Origin: Dehalococcoidia bacterium
GTDB lineage: Bacteria > Chloroflexota > Dehalococcoidia > CAUJGQ01
Assembly (NCBI GenBank): GCA_038325665.1
Contig: JBBQJF010000003.1
Location: 1 to 44,961, forward strand
Direction: 5' to 3'
Length of the DNA: 44,961 bases
Part shown: piece by piece, positions 19,511-29,436 of the stretch
How positions within the stretch are numbered: the stretch's first letter is position 1
Layout: every line of letters starts with the position of its first letter
The notes under the pieces: generated by a model
What the model was told of the DNA's origin: nothing
The model's input: only the letters and a program-made list of their open reading frames with translations
The model's database searches: none
Position numbers and translations under genes: made by a program

Positions 19511-20089
19511 TCAAAGCCGGGCCCGATCCCACCAGGCGCCCAGAGGCAACCGCAGGGCGACGACATCATGGTCCGGGCCGCGCGGCGCCTCGGCGTGCAG
19601 TGCGTGCTGACGGAACGGGATGGCGCCGACGAACGCCGCCGCCGCGGCCGCATCGTCCTGCGCGCCCTTGATGAACTCGAACGTTACCTGCTCGAGTTCC
19701 GCGTTATAGGCAGTGACGGTCAGCTCGCGGATCAAGATCGAACCGAGGCCGCGCCCGCGATACTCCGCGTCGACCACCACGCGAACCTCACCCTCCTCGC
19801 CTCCCGCGGGCGTGTGATAGCGGGTGAGGGTGGCGTCGGCGACGACGCGATCGCCGGCGAGGGCCAGCAGCGGCAGCGTTCGGTCGTAGTCGAGTCCCTC
19901 GGCCCACGCGCGGATCACCCCGGGAGCGGTGACATCATGACGGAGAAAGGCGCGGTCCCCGTCCGGTACGCGCTGAAAGAAGGCGAGCAGCGCATCGGCA
20001 TCGGCCGCAGTCATTGGGCGGAGCGTCACCGACGTATGGTCGCGGAGTCGCACGGTCTTGGGGTAGCCAGCGATTCGGTGAGCGGTCAT
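19511..20089 (-). CDS. GNAT family N-acetyltransferase
   Basis: YPKTVRLRD..VTLRPM...VVDAEYRGRGLGSIL acetyl-CoA motif A. Confidence 0.88.
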   Translation of the reverse strand: MTAHRIAGYPKTVRLRDHTSVTLRPMTAADADALLAFFQRVPDGDRAFLRHDVTAPGVIRAWAEGLDYDRTLPLLALAGDRVVADATLTRYHTPAGGEEGEVRVVVDAEYRGRGLGSILIRELTVTAYNAELEQVTFEFIKGAQDDAAAAAAFVGAIPFRQHALHAEAPRGPDHDVVALRLPLGAWWDRARL

Positions 20090-20158
20090 TGCGAAGCCTC
20101 CCGGCGGTCCGCGCGCTGCCCATCCCGTCTGGAGGGGGGCGCGACTGTCTCTGCGTCC

Positions 20159-20194
20159 AGCGTTGCATATTGCCGCGCGATTGTCTGCCGGGCA
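20159..20194 (-). promoter_or_regulatory. Island promoter motif copy 6 (TGCCCGGCAGAC-N18-AACGCT)
   Basis: One-mismatch 12-mer at 20194-20183, upstream of the GNAT gene. Confidence 0.6.
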
Positions 20195-20272
20195 ATCCTC
20201 CGCACGGATGGGTCACTGCCCGCCGGTCGACGGTCATCAACCGGCGGGCAGTATGTACCACGGCTGGTCCCG

Positions 20273-21190
20273 TTACCCGGATGCCCGCGGGACCGCTGGC
20301 CGGATGAGCAAGGTGGGTACACCGGCGCGCACCACCCGGTCGGCGGTACTGCCGAGCACGAGCCGGGCGATGCCCCCACGACCGTGGGTGGTCATCACGA
20401 TCAAGTCCATCCGCTCGTGGTGGGCAAAATCGACCAGCGTCGATGCAGGCCGTCCGCGGAGAACGACCGAGTTAACGGTCACGCCCTCGGGAAGTCGCCG
20501 GACGACGCCATCGAGATACTGCCGCGCGGCCGCGGCCGCCTCATCCTCCATCGCGACGTACTCGGGCATACTCCCAAGCGGCGCCATTCCCTCGGTACGC
20601 CAGGGCTCGACCCGGATCAGGGTCAGCGCGGCCCCCAGCACGCCCGCGAGCGCGACTGCCGGTTCCAGCGCCGCCTCTGCCAGCTCCGACCCGTCGAGCG
20701 GCGCCATCATGTGTTGCACCGACGCCGCTCGCCGTGGGCCGCCGGCGTACGACGGCCGCACCAGGAGCACCGGCTTGCCGCTCAGCCGCATCACCTTGTC
20801 GGCAACGCGCCCGATCATCCACCGGCCCACACCTCCGACCCCATGCGTCGTCATCGCGATTATCCCGACCGCCGGGTCGTCCCCGGCAACCAGGATCTCC
20901 TCCAGCGGGTCGCCGGTGACCACGGATTCCGACGCGGTGATGCCGCGCTCGCCCAGCCCGGTGGCGACCATGAGGAGATGGCCTTCCAGGTGTTGACGTT
21001 GCTCGTGTTCGATTGCCCCGGCCACCCGCTCCGACCGGTCGGTGAGGCCGCGCGGTTCGCGTTCGACGATCGCGAGCAGGCGCATTTCAGCCCCGCTACC
21101 GGCCGCGATCGCCTCCGCGTATGGGAGCGCCGCGGCCGACGCCTCCGAACCATCCAGCGGGACCAGGAGCGCTGTCAGCTTCATCGTCAT
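20273..21190 (-). CDS. Universal stress protein (tandem two-domain)
   Basis: Two USP repeats (LLVPLDGS; MAPLDGS..MTTHGRGG..LGSTADRV). Confidence 0.93.
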   Translation of the reverse strand: MTMKLTALLVPLDGSEASAAALPYAEAIAAGSGAEMRLLAIVEREPRGLTDRSERVAGAIEHEQRQHLEGHLLMVATGLGERGITASESVVTGDPLEEILVAGDDPAVGIIAMTTHGVGGVGRWMIGRVADKVMRLSGKPVLLVRPSYAGGPRRAASVQHMMAPLDGSELAEAALEPAVALAGVLGAALTLIRVEPWRTEGMAPLGSMPEYVAMEDEAAAAARQYLDGVVRRLPEGVTVNSVVLRGRPASTLVDFAHHERMDLIVMTTHGRGGIARLVLGSTADRVVRAGVPTLLIRPAVPRASG

Positions 21191-21256
21191 GATGATGTCC
21201 TCATGTGTTCCATGGTGCGCGCGAGCACTCCCCGCCGGTCAATCTCATCACGTCGT

Positions 21257-22429
21257 TCACGCGGGCGCTTCCGTCTGGGCCGGTAGCCGGGGACGCGGCG
21301 GCGTCTCGCGGAAGATGAATCGCGGGCACGCGCGACCGGGCCACGCTTGGTCGTGCTGCTCGGGCCGTTGCAGGACGCAACCGGTGGTATCCCAGAACAC
21401 GCAATTGACGCACGCGTGCAGGTGGACGCGGCAGCGGGGACAGCGCTCATCGCCGGTAACGGCGAGCAGGATGAGCCGGCCACAGGCCGCACAATGCGGC
21501 GCGCGCTGTTCGACCGGCGGCTGCTCGGCCGTCTCGGACTCACCGGCGTCAGGGGCGGGCCGCAGCAACAGCACGGGCACGCCGGACCGCACCAGCCGGT
21601 CGGCGGTGCTGCCCAGCACGAACCGGCGCACGCCGCCGCGACCATGGGTGGTCATCACGATCAGGTCTATCTGTTCGTCACGGGCGACATCGGCCAGGGC
21701 GACGCCCGCCGGTCCGCGCACCACCTCGATTTCCACCGGGAGGCCGGCCGCAAGTTGACCCCGCGCCGTCTCCAAATACATCCGTGCGGCTTCGGCCACA
21801 TCCTGGTTGACCCGCGTCGTGTCGACGGCGTACGGCTCACCCATGACCACCGGGCTGATCCACGGTTCCGCCCGCACGAGCGTGACCGCTGTCCCAAGAG
21901 TGGCGGCCAACTCGGCCGCCACCGGCAGCGCCGCTTCGGCGAGCGCGGAGCCATCCAGGGGAACCATAACCCGACGGAACGCCGGCTCGGCGCGATCGAG
22001 TGACGCGGTGTCCGTGGGGTGGATGAGAAGCGTGGGCCGTGTGGCCGTGCGCATCACCTTATCGGCGACGCTGCCCAAAAACCAGCGGTCGAGTCCGGCG
22101 CGGGCGTGGGTTGCCATCACGATCATCGCCCCCGGATCCTCATCGGCGACGGCGACAATCTCGTCCGCCGCGTATCCAGTGAGCAGGCTGGTCGCCACGG
22201 AGAAACCGGCCGCGATCAGTCGGTCCGCCGTGACGGTCAGATGTGCCAGGAGCAATTGACGGCGGGTTGTTTCGAGTTCCAGCCCAAACGTCTCCCCCGG
22301 CGTGGACTCGACCACGGCCACCAGATGGAGCATCGCGCCGGTCGTCCGTGCGAACACCTCGGCGTACGGGAGAACCGCGTCCGCGACCGGTGAGCCATCG
22401 AGCGGAATCACTAACGTCCGTGGGTTCAT
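21257..22429 (-). CDS. Tandem USP protein with C-terminal 8-Cys metal-binding domain
   Basis: Two USP repeats, then CAAC..CPRC..CVNC..C..C; ATG 22429 with GAGGAG RBS. Confidence 0.9.
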   Translation of the reverse strand: MNPRTLVIPLDGSPVADAVLPYAEVFARTTGAMLHLVAVVESTPGETFGLELETTRRQLLLAHLTVTADRLIAAGFSVATSLLTGYAADEIVAVADEDPGAMIVMATHARAGLDRWFLGSVADKVMRTATRPTLLIHPTDTASLDRAEPAFRRVMVPLDGSALAEAALPVAAELAATLGTAVTLVRAEPWISPVVMGEPYAVDTTRVNQDVAEAARMYLETARGQLAAGLPVEIEVVRGPAGVALADVARDEQIDLIVMTTHGRGGVRRFVLGSTADRLVRSGVPVLLLRPAPDAGESETAEQPPVEQRAPHCAACGRLILLAVTGDERCPRCRVHLHACVNCVFWDTTGCVLQRPEQHDQAWPGRACPRFIFRETPPRPRLPAQTEAPA

Positions 22430-22504
22430 GGCGTCTCCTCCTGTTCGTGACCCGCTCATTTGGCGTTCCATCATGACTCTGTCAATGGCCACCTGCCCGC
22501 GGGG

Positions 22505-23527
22505 TCATGGCTCGAGTAGAACTTCGCGCACCGGGCGACGGGGGGTGGCCGGTGGTTCCGGGCCGTAGCCGAGTCGCAGCACCAGTTGCGGCAGGTCCGG
22601 GCCGCCCACGATTCGCCGCAACCGTGCGCGCAACGACGGAATCTCGACCGGCTGGTTGAGGAACGACGCCCACACCTCCTCCGCCCGCGCACGCAGCAGC
22701 ACACGCGCCAGCGCCTGGCCGGCCCGCAACCAGTCTTCCGGGGTGTCCGTCTCGGTTTCGAGCACCGCGAGCACCGGCGACCCCTCGGCGAGTTGCCGGT
22801 CCTTGGCCGCGGCGCCATCGCCCATATCAAAGGTCCGGATCACGAGCGGGGCGACGCCGAGCGCCCACCCTCCCAGCCCGTCATGACGGCGCCGGGGATG
22901 GATCCACGCGGCAAGCTCGCGCCGGAAGCGCACATCGCCCCATTGCTCGCGGTCGCCCTCCGCGATCAGGTCGGCAACGGCGTGGCGGCGCTCCTGGCCG
23001 TGGATGATGTGCAGCCACGTCCCCTCGGCATGGGCGGCGGCCTGGAGCGCGGCCAGCACCGCCTCGGGCACGGGCCGGTCCTCGAACGCCGCCCGGTTGG
23101 TGCGCCGTAGCGGGATCGCGCGCACCAACATCTCTTCTTCTCCCGTGACGGCCGCCGGTTCCGCCAGTTCGACACGCGCCAGCAGGTCAGGGTCGGCCGG
23201 ATTGGGGAAGGAGGTTACCACCGGCGTGTGGCCGGCATGTCGGAGCGCCAGACGCAGGTGCAGCAGCGCCGCACCACAACTGATGGTTAACTCGCGGTCC
23301 TCCGGGTCGACCACCGGCAGTGCGCGGGTGCGATCGGCGTACAGCTCGACCGCCTCAGCGTCGAGTTTGAACAACCACGGCTGGGTATTGTGCGACGACG
23401 GCGCCCGCACGGCCTGCTGCACCGCGGCGAGGAACGCGGCGGTCATGGCCGGGGCCGCGCTGACGCCGAGCGCCTCCTGACCAGAATGACCATGTCCCAT
23501 GTCTGCTGGGACGGTTGCTCGCGTCAT
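22505..23527 (-). CDS. Acg family FMN-binding nitroreductase
   Basis: RAPSSHNTQPW, VDPEDRELTISCGAAL, RRTNR, WLRAGQAL, PQLVLRLGYG..TPRRP. Confidence 0.92.
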   Translation of the reverse strand: MTRATVPADMGHGHSGQEALGVSAAPAMTAAFLAAVQQAVRAPSSHNTQPWLFKLDAEAVELYADRTRALPVVDPEDRELTISCGAALLHLRLALRHAGHTPVVTSFPNPADPDLLARVELAEPAAVTGEEEMLVRAIPLRRTNRAAFEDRPVPEAVLAALQAAAHAEGTWLHIIHGQERRHAVADLIAEGDREQWGDVRFRRELAAWIHPRRRHDGLGGWALGVAPLVIRTFDMGDGAAAKDRQLAEGSPVLAVLETETDTPEDWLRAGQALARVLLRARAEEVWASFLNQPVEIPSLRARLRRIVGGPDLPQLVLRLGYGPEPPATPRRPVREVLLEP

Positions 23528-23645
23528 GGCAGGCCTCCTGCTCGTGGGTCGATCACGACCGCGAGAATTAGACGGCGCGGGCTGGCCTCAGCGCGGAGGC
23601 ACACGGCCCGGACCGTCATCGCCTGGGCTGTCTCCCGCGATGGGA

Positions 23646-23918
23646 TCACGACGCTGGCTTGTCATCGTCGTCCGCCCGTTCGACCTCAATGGTGCAGTCC
23701 GTGAGGACGGCGGCCAGCGCACCGACCACGGCCAGCATCGGGGCGAGCACCGCGCCGACGACGCCGATGGTCAGCGGGAATTCCACGATGGTGTGCTCGC
23801 CCTTCTTCACCACGATGCGGCGGACGTTACCCTCGTGTACGAGCTGCTCGAACCGCTCGCGCAATCCTTCTGCCTTGACCTCGATGGTTTCCTTGGTGCT
23901 CTGCGCTTGCATGTCCAT
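23646..23918 (-). CDS. DUF4342 domain protein
   Basis: LVHEGNVRRIVVKK...EFPLTIGVVGAVLAP...CTIEVER; GGAG RBS at ATG 23918. Confidence 0.88.
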   Translation of the reverse strand: MDMQAQSTKETIEVKAEGLRERFEQLVHEGNVRRIVVKKGEHTIVEFPLTIGVVGAVLAPMLAVVGALAAVLTDCTIEVERADDDDKPAS

Positions 23919-23994
23919 GCTCCTTCCGCGGATGATCCCTGCCGGCCACGCGCTCACGCCCCGGGCGAAGTCGCAACCCGACCGGTCTGCATAC

Positions 23995-24091
23995 ATCGTG
24001 GGCGGCTCGTCGCGGGCCGTCTGTCGGGTAGCCTCGGACAATCGTGACCAGATGTTACCCGACAGACACGGTCACGCCTCTATTGCAGGGT
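23995..24091. promoter_or_regulatory. Divergent promoter pair: island motif copies 7 and 8 as a perfect inverted repeat
   Basis: GTCTGTCGGGTA (24019-24030)-N25-TACCCGACAGAC (24056-24067); each is followed at 18 bp by a -10-like hexamer (CACGAT leftward, CAGGGT rightward). Confidence 0.8.
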
Positions 24092-24166
24092 GAGAGCGTC
24101 TGAAGCCGCGGCGCGGCCTCCGCCATCACACGGCCTCGCGCACCACGATAGAAATGAGGAATAGCG

Positions 24167-25264
24167 ATGAAAGCGCCGAACACGGCATCCGACTGGGCGG
24201 TCGTCGGGAGAAACGTGACCCGGCCGCGCGTCGCGCTGGCGGTCCTCGCGGTCCTGCTCGCCCTCTACGCCGTGGCAATTCACCCCTGGTTCATCAACTG
24301 GGGCGCCACCGAGCGGGAGCGGCAGATGGCCTTACCCGGTGACGAACTGAACGCTGATCCACGATGGCAGACCACCCGCGCGGTCACGATTAACGCCTCC
24401 ACCGGCGAGGTGTGGGCGTGGCTGATTCAGCACGGCCAAGACCGCGCCGGTTTCTACAGCTACACCTGGCTGGAGAACCTTACCGGCGCCGACATCCACA
24501 ACACCGATCAGATCCGGCCGGAGTGGCAGGGACGCGCGGTTGGTGACGCCATCCCGATGGCCCGCCCCGACCTGCTCGGCGGCCGAATGGGCGAGACAAG
24601 CGTGGTCCGCGTGGCCGCCATCGAACCAGGGCGAGCACTGGTTGTCACCGGGCAAGGCGCCGACACGGGAGCATGGATCCTGGCCCCGATCGACGCGCGC
24701 ACAACGAGGTTGATCGTACGCGAGCGCAACGGAGAGGCCGGAGTAGGTTCCGTGGCACGAGTCACCGGCTCGGTGATCCGCTCGCAAACATGGGATCCGA
24801 CGCACTTCGTCATGCAGCACGGCATGCTTGTCGGCCTCAAGGCGCGGGCGGAGGGCGACCCGAATCCACCAACGGCTGTCGGTCTGGCGTCCCGCGCCGG
24901 GTGGCTGACGGCGGGTGTCGCGCTGTTGGGTTTGTTCCTCCGCCGCCGCCGCTTCGGGCCGTGGCTAGTGCTGCCCGTCGTTGCCGCAACCCCGGCGATG
25001 CTCACCACCGGCGATATGGACGCCGCGCTGGCCGGGTTCCTCGCGGCCGGCATCACAACGCTGGGGGCGGTTGCCTTTGGCTGGCGCTGGTGGCCGCCCT
25101 TCGCGCTGATCGCGGCCGCCGTCCTGCTCGTGCTGCTGCTGTCACCAGACGCGTATGTCGCATTCGGCCTGCTTTTCGATGCGCTACTCGTGGGCGCGGC
25201 CGGTTGGATGGCGACACGAACGCTCCGGACGAGTGCCGCACGCCCACTACGAACTGCTTTGTAA
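24167..25264 (+). CDS. SRPBCC-like domain membrane protein
   Basis: WGAT..E..MALPGDEL, TRAVTINA..EVWAWLIQ.GQDRAGFYSYTWLEN, HFVMQ..ML.GLKARAE, plus C-terminal TM helices. Confidence 0.8.
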   Translation: MKAPNTASDWAVVGRNVTRPRVALAVLAVLLALYAVAIHPWFINWGATERERQMALPGDELNADPRWQTTRAVTINASTGEVWAWLIQHGQDRAGFYSYTWLENLTGADIHNTDQIRPEWQGRAVGDAIPMARPDLLGGRMGETSVVRVAAIEPGRALVVTGQGADTGAWILAPIDARTTRLIVRERNGEAGVGSVARVTGSVIRSQTWDPTHFVMQHGMLVGLKARAEGDPNPPTAVGLASRAGWLTAGVALLGLFLRRRRFGPWLVLPVVAATPAMLTTGDMDAALAGFLAAGITTLGAVAFGWRWWPPFALIAAAVLLVLLLSPDAYVAFGLLFDALLVGAAGWMATRTLRTSAARPLRTAL

Positions 25265-25278
25265 TGTGGAGGAGAACC

Positions 25279-26187
25279 ATGATGCCCCCTACGCTTACTA
25301 TCCAACCTGAACAGAACGAGACGGACGTACCCGTGGCGACCGAGCGCGGGCAGTCTACTCCCGCGTCCTCGACCGCGGCGCGGAGTGGAGCGCTCGCCGC
25401 GGCGCGCACCGGTGGCGTGGTGCTCGGCGGCTCAGCCCTCCTGAATTTGTTGCTCGCTGGTGGAGCCGTGGCCACCGCGCTCGGTCCGCTGGCGCGTCCC
25501 GGTGGCCACGGTCCGGCCCGTGCCTTCCGCCGCCTGGCCGGCGCCGGCGCGGCGGCGGCCTGGGCCTATGTCCTCGGCGTGCGCCCGTGGCACCTGCGTT
25601 GGGGCGCGGTCGACGCGGAGCTTGACCGCGCTCTACCGGGCGACGCGTTGGTTCCGCACGCCGTCTGGCGCTCCACACGCGCGGTGACGATCGACGCGCC
25701 GGCGGCGGCGGTGTGGCCGTGGCTGGTGCAATTCGGCCAGGGGCGGGCCGGATTCTACAGCTACGACTGGCTGGAGAACCTCGCCGGTCTCGACGTCCAC
25801 AGCGCCGACCGAATCGTGCCCGAACTACAGACGCTCGCGGTCGGTGACTTCATCCCGGCAGGTCCCGGCGGGGCCGAGGCCGGCAGCGGCTGGACGGTGG
25901 TCGAGATCGAGGCGGGCCGTGCGCTGATCCTGCGTGTCGGAGCGCCGTCCCAAGCGTTCAGGCCCGCGACGGACGTGCCCTTCGCGGCAACCTGGGTGTT
26001 CGTCGTCGAGCCGGTGAACGAGAGCACATCGCGGTTGGTCGTCCGCTGGCGGGGTACCAGCCATCCCACCGCGATCGTTGCGGCGGCGATGGTTATGACC
26101 GAGCTGCCCCACTTCGTCATGGAGCGCAAGATGCTGCTCGGCATCAAGCAGCGCGCCGAGGGGGTCTGCCAGGCCGGCGGCGCGTGA
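25279..26187 (+). CDS. SRPBCC-like protein (paralog of upstream gene)
   Basis: [57 protein letters not shown]; GGAGGAG RBS before ATG 25279. Confidence 0.82.
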   Translation: MMPPTLTIQPEQNETDVPVATERGQSTPASSTAARSGALAAARTGGVVLGGSALLNLLLAGGAVATALGPLARPGGHGPARAFRRLAGAGAAAAWAYVLGVRPWHLRWGAVDAELDRALPGDALVPHAVWRSTRAVTIDAPAAAVWPWLVQFGQGRAGFYSYDWLENLAGLDVHSADRIVPELQTLAVGDFIPAGPGGAEAGSGWTVVEIEAGRALILRVGAPSQAFRPATDVPFAATWVFVVEPVNESTSRLVVRWRGTSHPTAIVAAAMVMTELPHFVMERKMLLGIKQRAEGVCQAGGA

Positions 26188-26298
26188 TGAGCCGCGAACA
26201 TCCTCATCGTCCCACCGCTCGTCGGGTTGGCCGGTACGGAAAACTCGGAACCGGAATGTAATAGGGAAGACCTTAAAGGTAGGCCGTGGAAGTAACGC

Positions 26299-26592
26299 AT
26301 GACTGCATCCGCGACCAAGCCACCCCCCACGAGCCTGTCCTACAAAGACAGGGCAGCGCTTTCCCTAAAGCGCGAGGGCAACAGGTGGCTCAGACGAGCC
26401 GGCACCGGTCTGTACCGGCTCACGCACGGCCGCCTCGCTCCCGGCAGCCGGGATGTCTTGCTGCTCACGCCACGCGGCCGGGAGTTAGGCCGGGAGCATA
26501 CCGTCATCCTTCAAGGCTTCCGCGATGGCAAGACCATGGTGGCCGTGGCAGCCAACAGGGGCCGATCGTCCGATCCGGACTGGTTTCGGAAC
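26299..26592 (+). pseudogene. Truncated DDN/F420 nitroreductase
   Basis: LYRLTHGRL..DVLLLTPRGRELGREHTVILQGF..VAANRGRSSDPDWFRN, similar to the 12628 gene; similarity ends abruptly at the RBS of the next gene. Confidence 0.75.
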
Positions 26593-26605
26593 AGGGGGCA
26601 TCGCC

Positions 26606-27334
26606 GTGAACCTGACTACTCGGGAATCCTCCGGCACGAGCGCGGTTCGGCTTGGATTCTGGACCGCGACCTTGACCGCGGGTTGCGCCACGGCAGCGCT
26701 GGCGCTCGGGGTCGCGACTCCCCCGCGATCCGGGCCGAATTGCCGCGACGGCTGCATCCCCTATCCCTATACCGACGGCGCCGCGTTCGTCCCGAGGGAT
26801 TACCTGTGGATGTATCCGGCCTTCCTCATGGCCGCGGTGTTCGTGGCGCTCGTGCTCTGTATCCACCACCGCGCACGGGGCGATCAACAGGTATGGAGCG
26901 GGATCGGGTTGTGCTTCGCCGCGATCGCCGCGGCGGTGCTGACCACGGGCTACTTCATCCAGCTCGCGGTGATGCAGCCGAGCCTGCTGAAGGGGGAGAC
27001 GGAGGGACTGACGCTCTTCTCGCAGTACAACCCGCACGGGGTCTTCATCGCGCTCGAAGACCTCGGGTACCTGATGGTGGGCGTCGCGCTCCTCTTTACC
27101 GGCGTGGCGCTGGTGGGGTCAGGGGCGGTTGAGCGCGCGGTGCGCTGGCTGTTCATCGTGGGCGGTCTCGCGGCGATTGGCGCGCTCATCGGTCTGTCTC
27201 TGATTTACGGGCAGGATTTAGAGTACAGGTACGAGGTTATCGTGATCGGCATCGACTGGACGGCATTGATTGTCGGGGGTGTGCTGTTGAGCATCCTGTT
27301 CCGGCGAGCCGGGCATGATGCACCCCACCGCTGA
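26606..27334 (+). CDS. Hypothetical multi-pass membrane protein
   Basis: About 6 TM helices, C...CIPYPY and FSQYNPHGVFIALEDLGY motifs; GTG 26606 after AGGGGG. Confidence 0.78.
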   Translation: MNLTTRESSGTSAVRLGFWTATLTAGCATAALALGVATPPRSGPNCRDGCIPYPYTDGAAFVPRDYLWMYPAFLMAAVFVALVLCIHHRARGDQQVWSGIGLCFAAIAAAVLTTGYFIQLAVMQPSLLKGETEGLTLFSQYNPHGVFIALEDLGYLMVGVALLFTGVALVGSGAVERAVRWLFIVGGLAAIGALIGLSLIYGQDLEYRYEVIVIGIDWTALIVGGVLLSILFRRAGHDAPHR

Positions 27335-27432
27335 CGGCAGCGCGCATCCCTGGGCAAGTGGCCTCGGCGTGCGTAACAGCCGATCCCGCCACGCGCGACA
27401 CCCCACATCAACGCACGGAAAAGCAGGTAGCT

Positions 27433-27468
27433 TGCCTGACAGACGGGGCCGCCCGGGGGTGGCACACT
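27433..27468 (+). promoter_or_regulatory. Island promoter motif copy 9 (TGCCTGACAGAC-N18-CACACT)
   Basis: Perfect 12-mer upstream of the CPBP gene. Confidence 0.7.
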
Positions 27469-27519
27469 ACCGCCGGATGCGTGTTGGAGCACCCATACTA
27501 CCGCGACAACGGTGTGGTT

Positions 27520-28419
27520 ATGACAGCCATTACCATACGTCCGAGGGAAAGTCCTGAAACCACCCGGCAAGGCATGAATTTCGGGTCGCTCGGCCCATTC
27601 CTCGCGATTGCCTTCGGGCTGGGATGGGGGATCATCGCACTCTTAATCCTGTTCACGGATCAGATCGAGGCGATCTTCGGCGAAGTGGGTTATACGAACC
27701 CCGTGTTCATACTCGCCGTGTATTCACCGGGCATCGCCGGTGTGTTCCTGGTCTGGCGCCACCATGGCATCACGGGTCTGGGCAGCTACCTCCGGCGCGT
27801 CACGCTGTGGCGAATGCCGGCCGCGTGGTGGGTGTTGCTCGTAGTCGGCATGCCCGCCGTCTTCTACCTGGGCGCGACCATCAAGGGCACGATCACGGAC
27901 CCGTTCCCGTTCTCCCCCTGGTACGACATTCTGCCGGCGCTGGTAGCCGGGCTGTTGATCGGACCCGTTGAAGAGTTGGGCTGGCGCGGCGTGGCCCTGC
28001 CGCTGCTGCAACGCCGGTTCCCGCCGCTGTGGGCGGGCTTGATCCTGGGCGTGATCTGGGGCGTATGGCACGCGCCGGCGTTCCTGCTGAGTGGCACCCC
28101 GCAGAGTGCCTGGTCGTTCGGCCCGTACTTCATCGGCGTCCTGGCGATCACCGTCATCCTGACACCGATGTTCAACACCGCCCGGGGCAGCATCCTGATC
28201 GCGGCCCTATTCCACTTTCAGATGAACGGTCCCGCGTGGCCGGACGCTCAGCCCTGGGACAACCTCGTGTTCGCCATCGTCGCCGTGGTCATCGTGCTGT
28301 TCAACCTTCGGTCGATGCTGACCCGCGAGGGGGCCGTGACCGAGGTACTCATGACCGCGGAAGAAGGCAACCCCGACGACGCCGGCGCAATGGCACTGGC
28401 GCCCACGTACGGCAGATAA
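27520..28419 (+). CDS. CPBP family intramembrane glutamic endopeptidase (CAAX/Abi)
   Basis: EELGWRG, WGVWH, AALFH...N motifs. Confidence 0.9.
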   Translation: MTAITIRPRESPETTRQGMNFGSLGPFLAIAFGLGWGIIALLILFTDQIEAIFGEVGYTNPVFILAVYSPGIAGVFLVWRHHGITGLGSYLRRVTLWRMPAAWWVLLVVGMPAVFYLGATIKGTITDPFPFSPWYDILPALVAGLLIGPVEELGWRGVALPLLQRRFPPLWAGLILGVIWGVWHAPAFLLSGTPQSAWSFGPYFIGVLAITVILTPMFNTARGSILIAALFHFQMNGPAWPDAQPWDNLVFAIVAVVIVLFNLRSMLTREGAVTEVLMTAEEGNPDDAGAMALAPTYGR

Positions 28420-28431
28420 GGAGTCCATGTC

Positions 28432-29370
28432 ATGACGACCAAACAACGCGTCCCATTGTCACCAACCCCGCGAACCGCGTCCGGCGGCACGCCATCCCGG
28501 ACGCGGCGACGTGACCGCGGTCGCCGCTGGCGGGTGGCGGCAGGCGTTGCCGGCGGCGTGCTGATCGCCGCGACCGCGGCGGTGCTGATCGCGCGGTTCA
28601 CCTTCCAGCGCCAGATTTCACGCGAGGTCACGGCGCTGTTCGCGGCGCGTGCGGACGGGCCGGGGGCCGCCGTCACCGAGGCAGAGATCGCGAACCTCCC
28701 GGAACCGGTGCAACGCTGGCTGCGCGCGTCCGGTGTCGTGGGCAGGGAGCGACCCACCACGGTGCGGCTCACGTACACGGGCGAGTTCCGGCTGGGAGAG
28801 GACAAGGGTTGGATGCCGTTCGACTCGGAAACCTACTACACCACCGACCCGCCGGCCCTGCTGTGGACAGTCACGATGCGGATGTTCCCGCTCGTGTCGA
28901 TCACCGGCCGTGACCGCTACGCGCGGGGCGAGGGCAGCATCCACATGCGAGTCCTCTCGCTCGTTCCCGTGGCGAACAAGAGCGGCGGCGGGCTGAACCA
29001 AGGCTCCCTCCTTCGGTATCTCGGTGAGACGATCTGGTTCCCGAGTGGAACGCTCAGCCCGTACATCACCTGGGAGTCGATTGACGCGAACTCTGCCCGC
29101 GCGACGATGACGTACCAGGGCGTGAGCGGGTCACTCACCTTCTTCTTTGATGCCGAGGGCCGCGTCATTCGACAGGAGGCCGCCGGCCGCAACAACGACG
29201 CCACGGGCAGGCCAGAGCGCTGGTCGATCCCCATCACCGCTTATGGGGTGTTCGACGGGGTACTTGTGCCGGCCGAGGGCGAAGCTGTCTGGAACTACGC
29301 CACGGGGGATTTCAGCTACATTCGCATGCGCATCACCGACATCGAGTACAACCGGCCCGAGCAATACTGA
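28432..29370 (+). CDS. DUF6544/DUF6920-like protein with N-terminal TM anchor
   Basis: LPEPVQRWL, GRDRY..GEGS, LNQGSLLRYLGETIWFP, ITWESID; AAGGAG RBS. Confidence 0.8.
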   Translation: MTTKQRVPLSPTPRTASGGTPSRTRRRDRGRRWRVAAGVAGGVLIAATAAVLIARFTFQRQISREVTALFAARADGPGAAVTEAEIANLPEPVQRWLRASGVVGRERPTTVRLTYTGEFRLGEDKGWMPFDSETYYTTDPPALLWTVTMRMFPLVSITGRDRYARGEGSIHMRVLSLVPVANKSGGGLNQGSLLRYLGETIWFPSGTLSPYITWESIDANSARATMTYQGVSGSLTFFFDAEGRVIRQEAAGRNNDATGRPERWSIPITAYGVFDGVLVPAEGEAVWNYATGDFSYIRMRITDIEYNRPEQY

Positions 29371-29436
29371 CGGCCGGCGTGCTACCCGGGTGAACGGGCA
29401 CGGGGCAACCGCCTCGATGCCAAAAGGAGAACGACC

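Noticed and set aside
19286-21286. 666-aa plus-strand ORF
   Set aside because: Antisense shadow of the GNAT and USP genes; Arg-rich with no motifs, typical of high-GC DNA
24673-25278. N-terminal ~200 aa of the 504-aa ORF
   Set aside because: Overlaps the 24167 gene out of frame; the real start is 25279 with a strong RBS
26593-27132. C-terminal part of the 277-aa ORF as a DDN fusion protein
   Set aside because: Arg-rich off-frame read-through over the 26606 membrane gene
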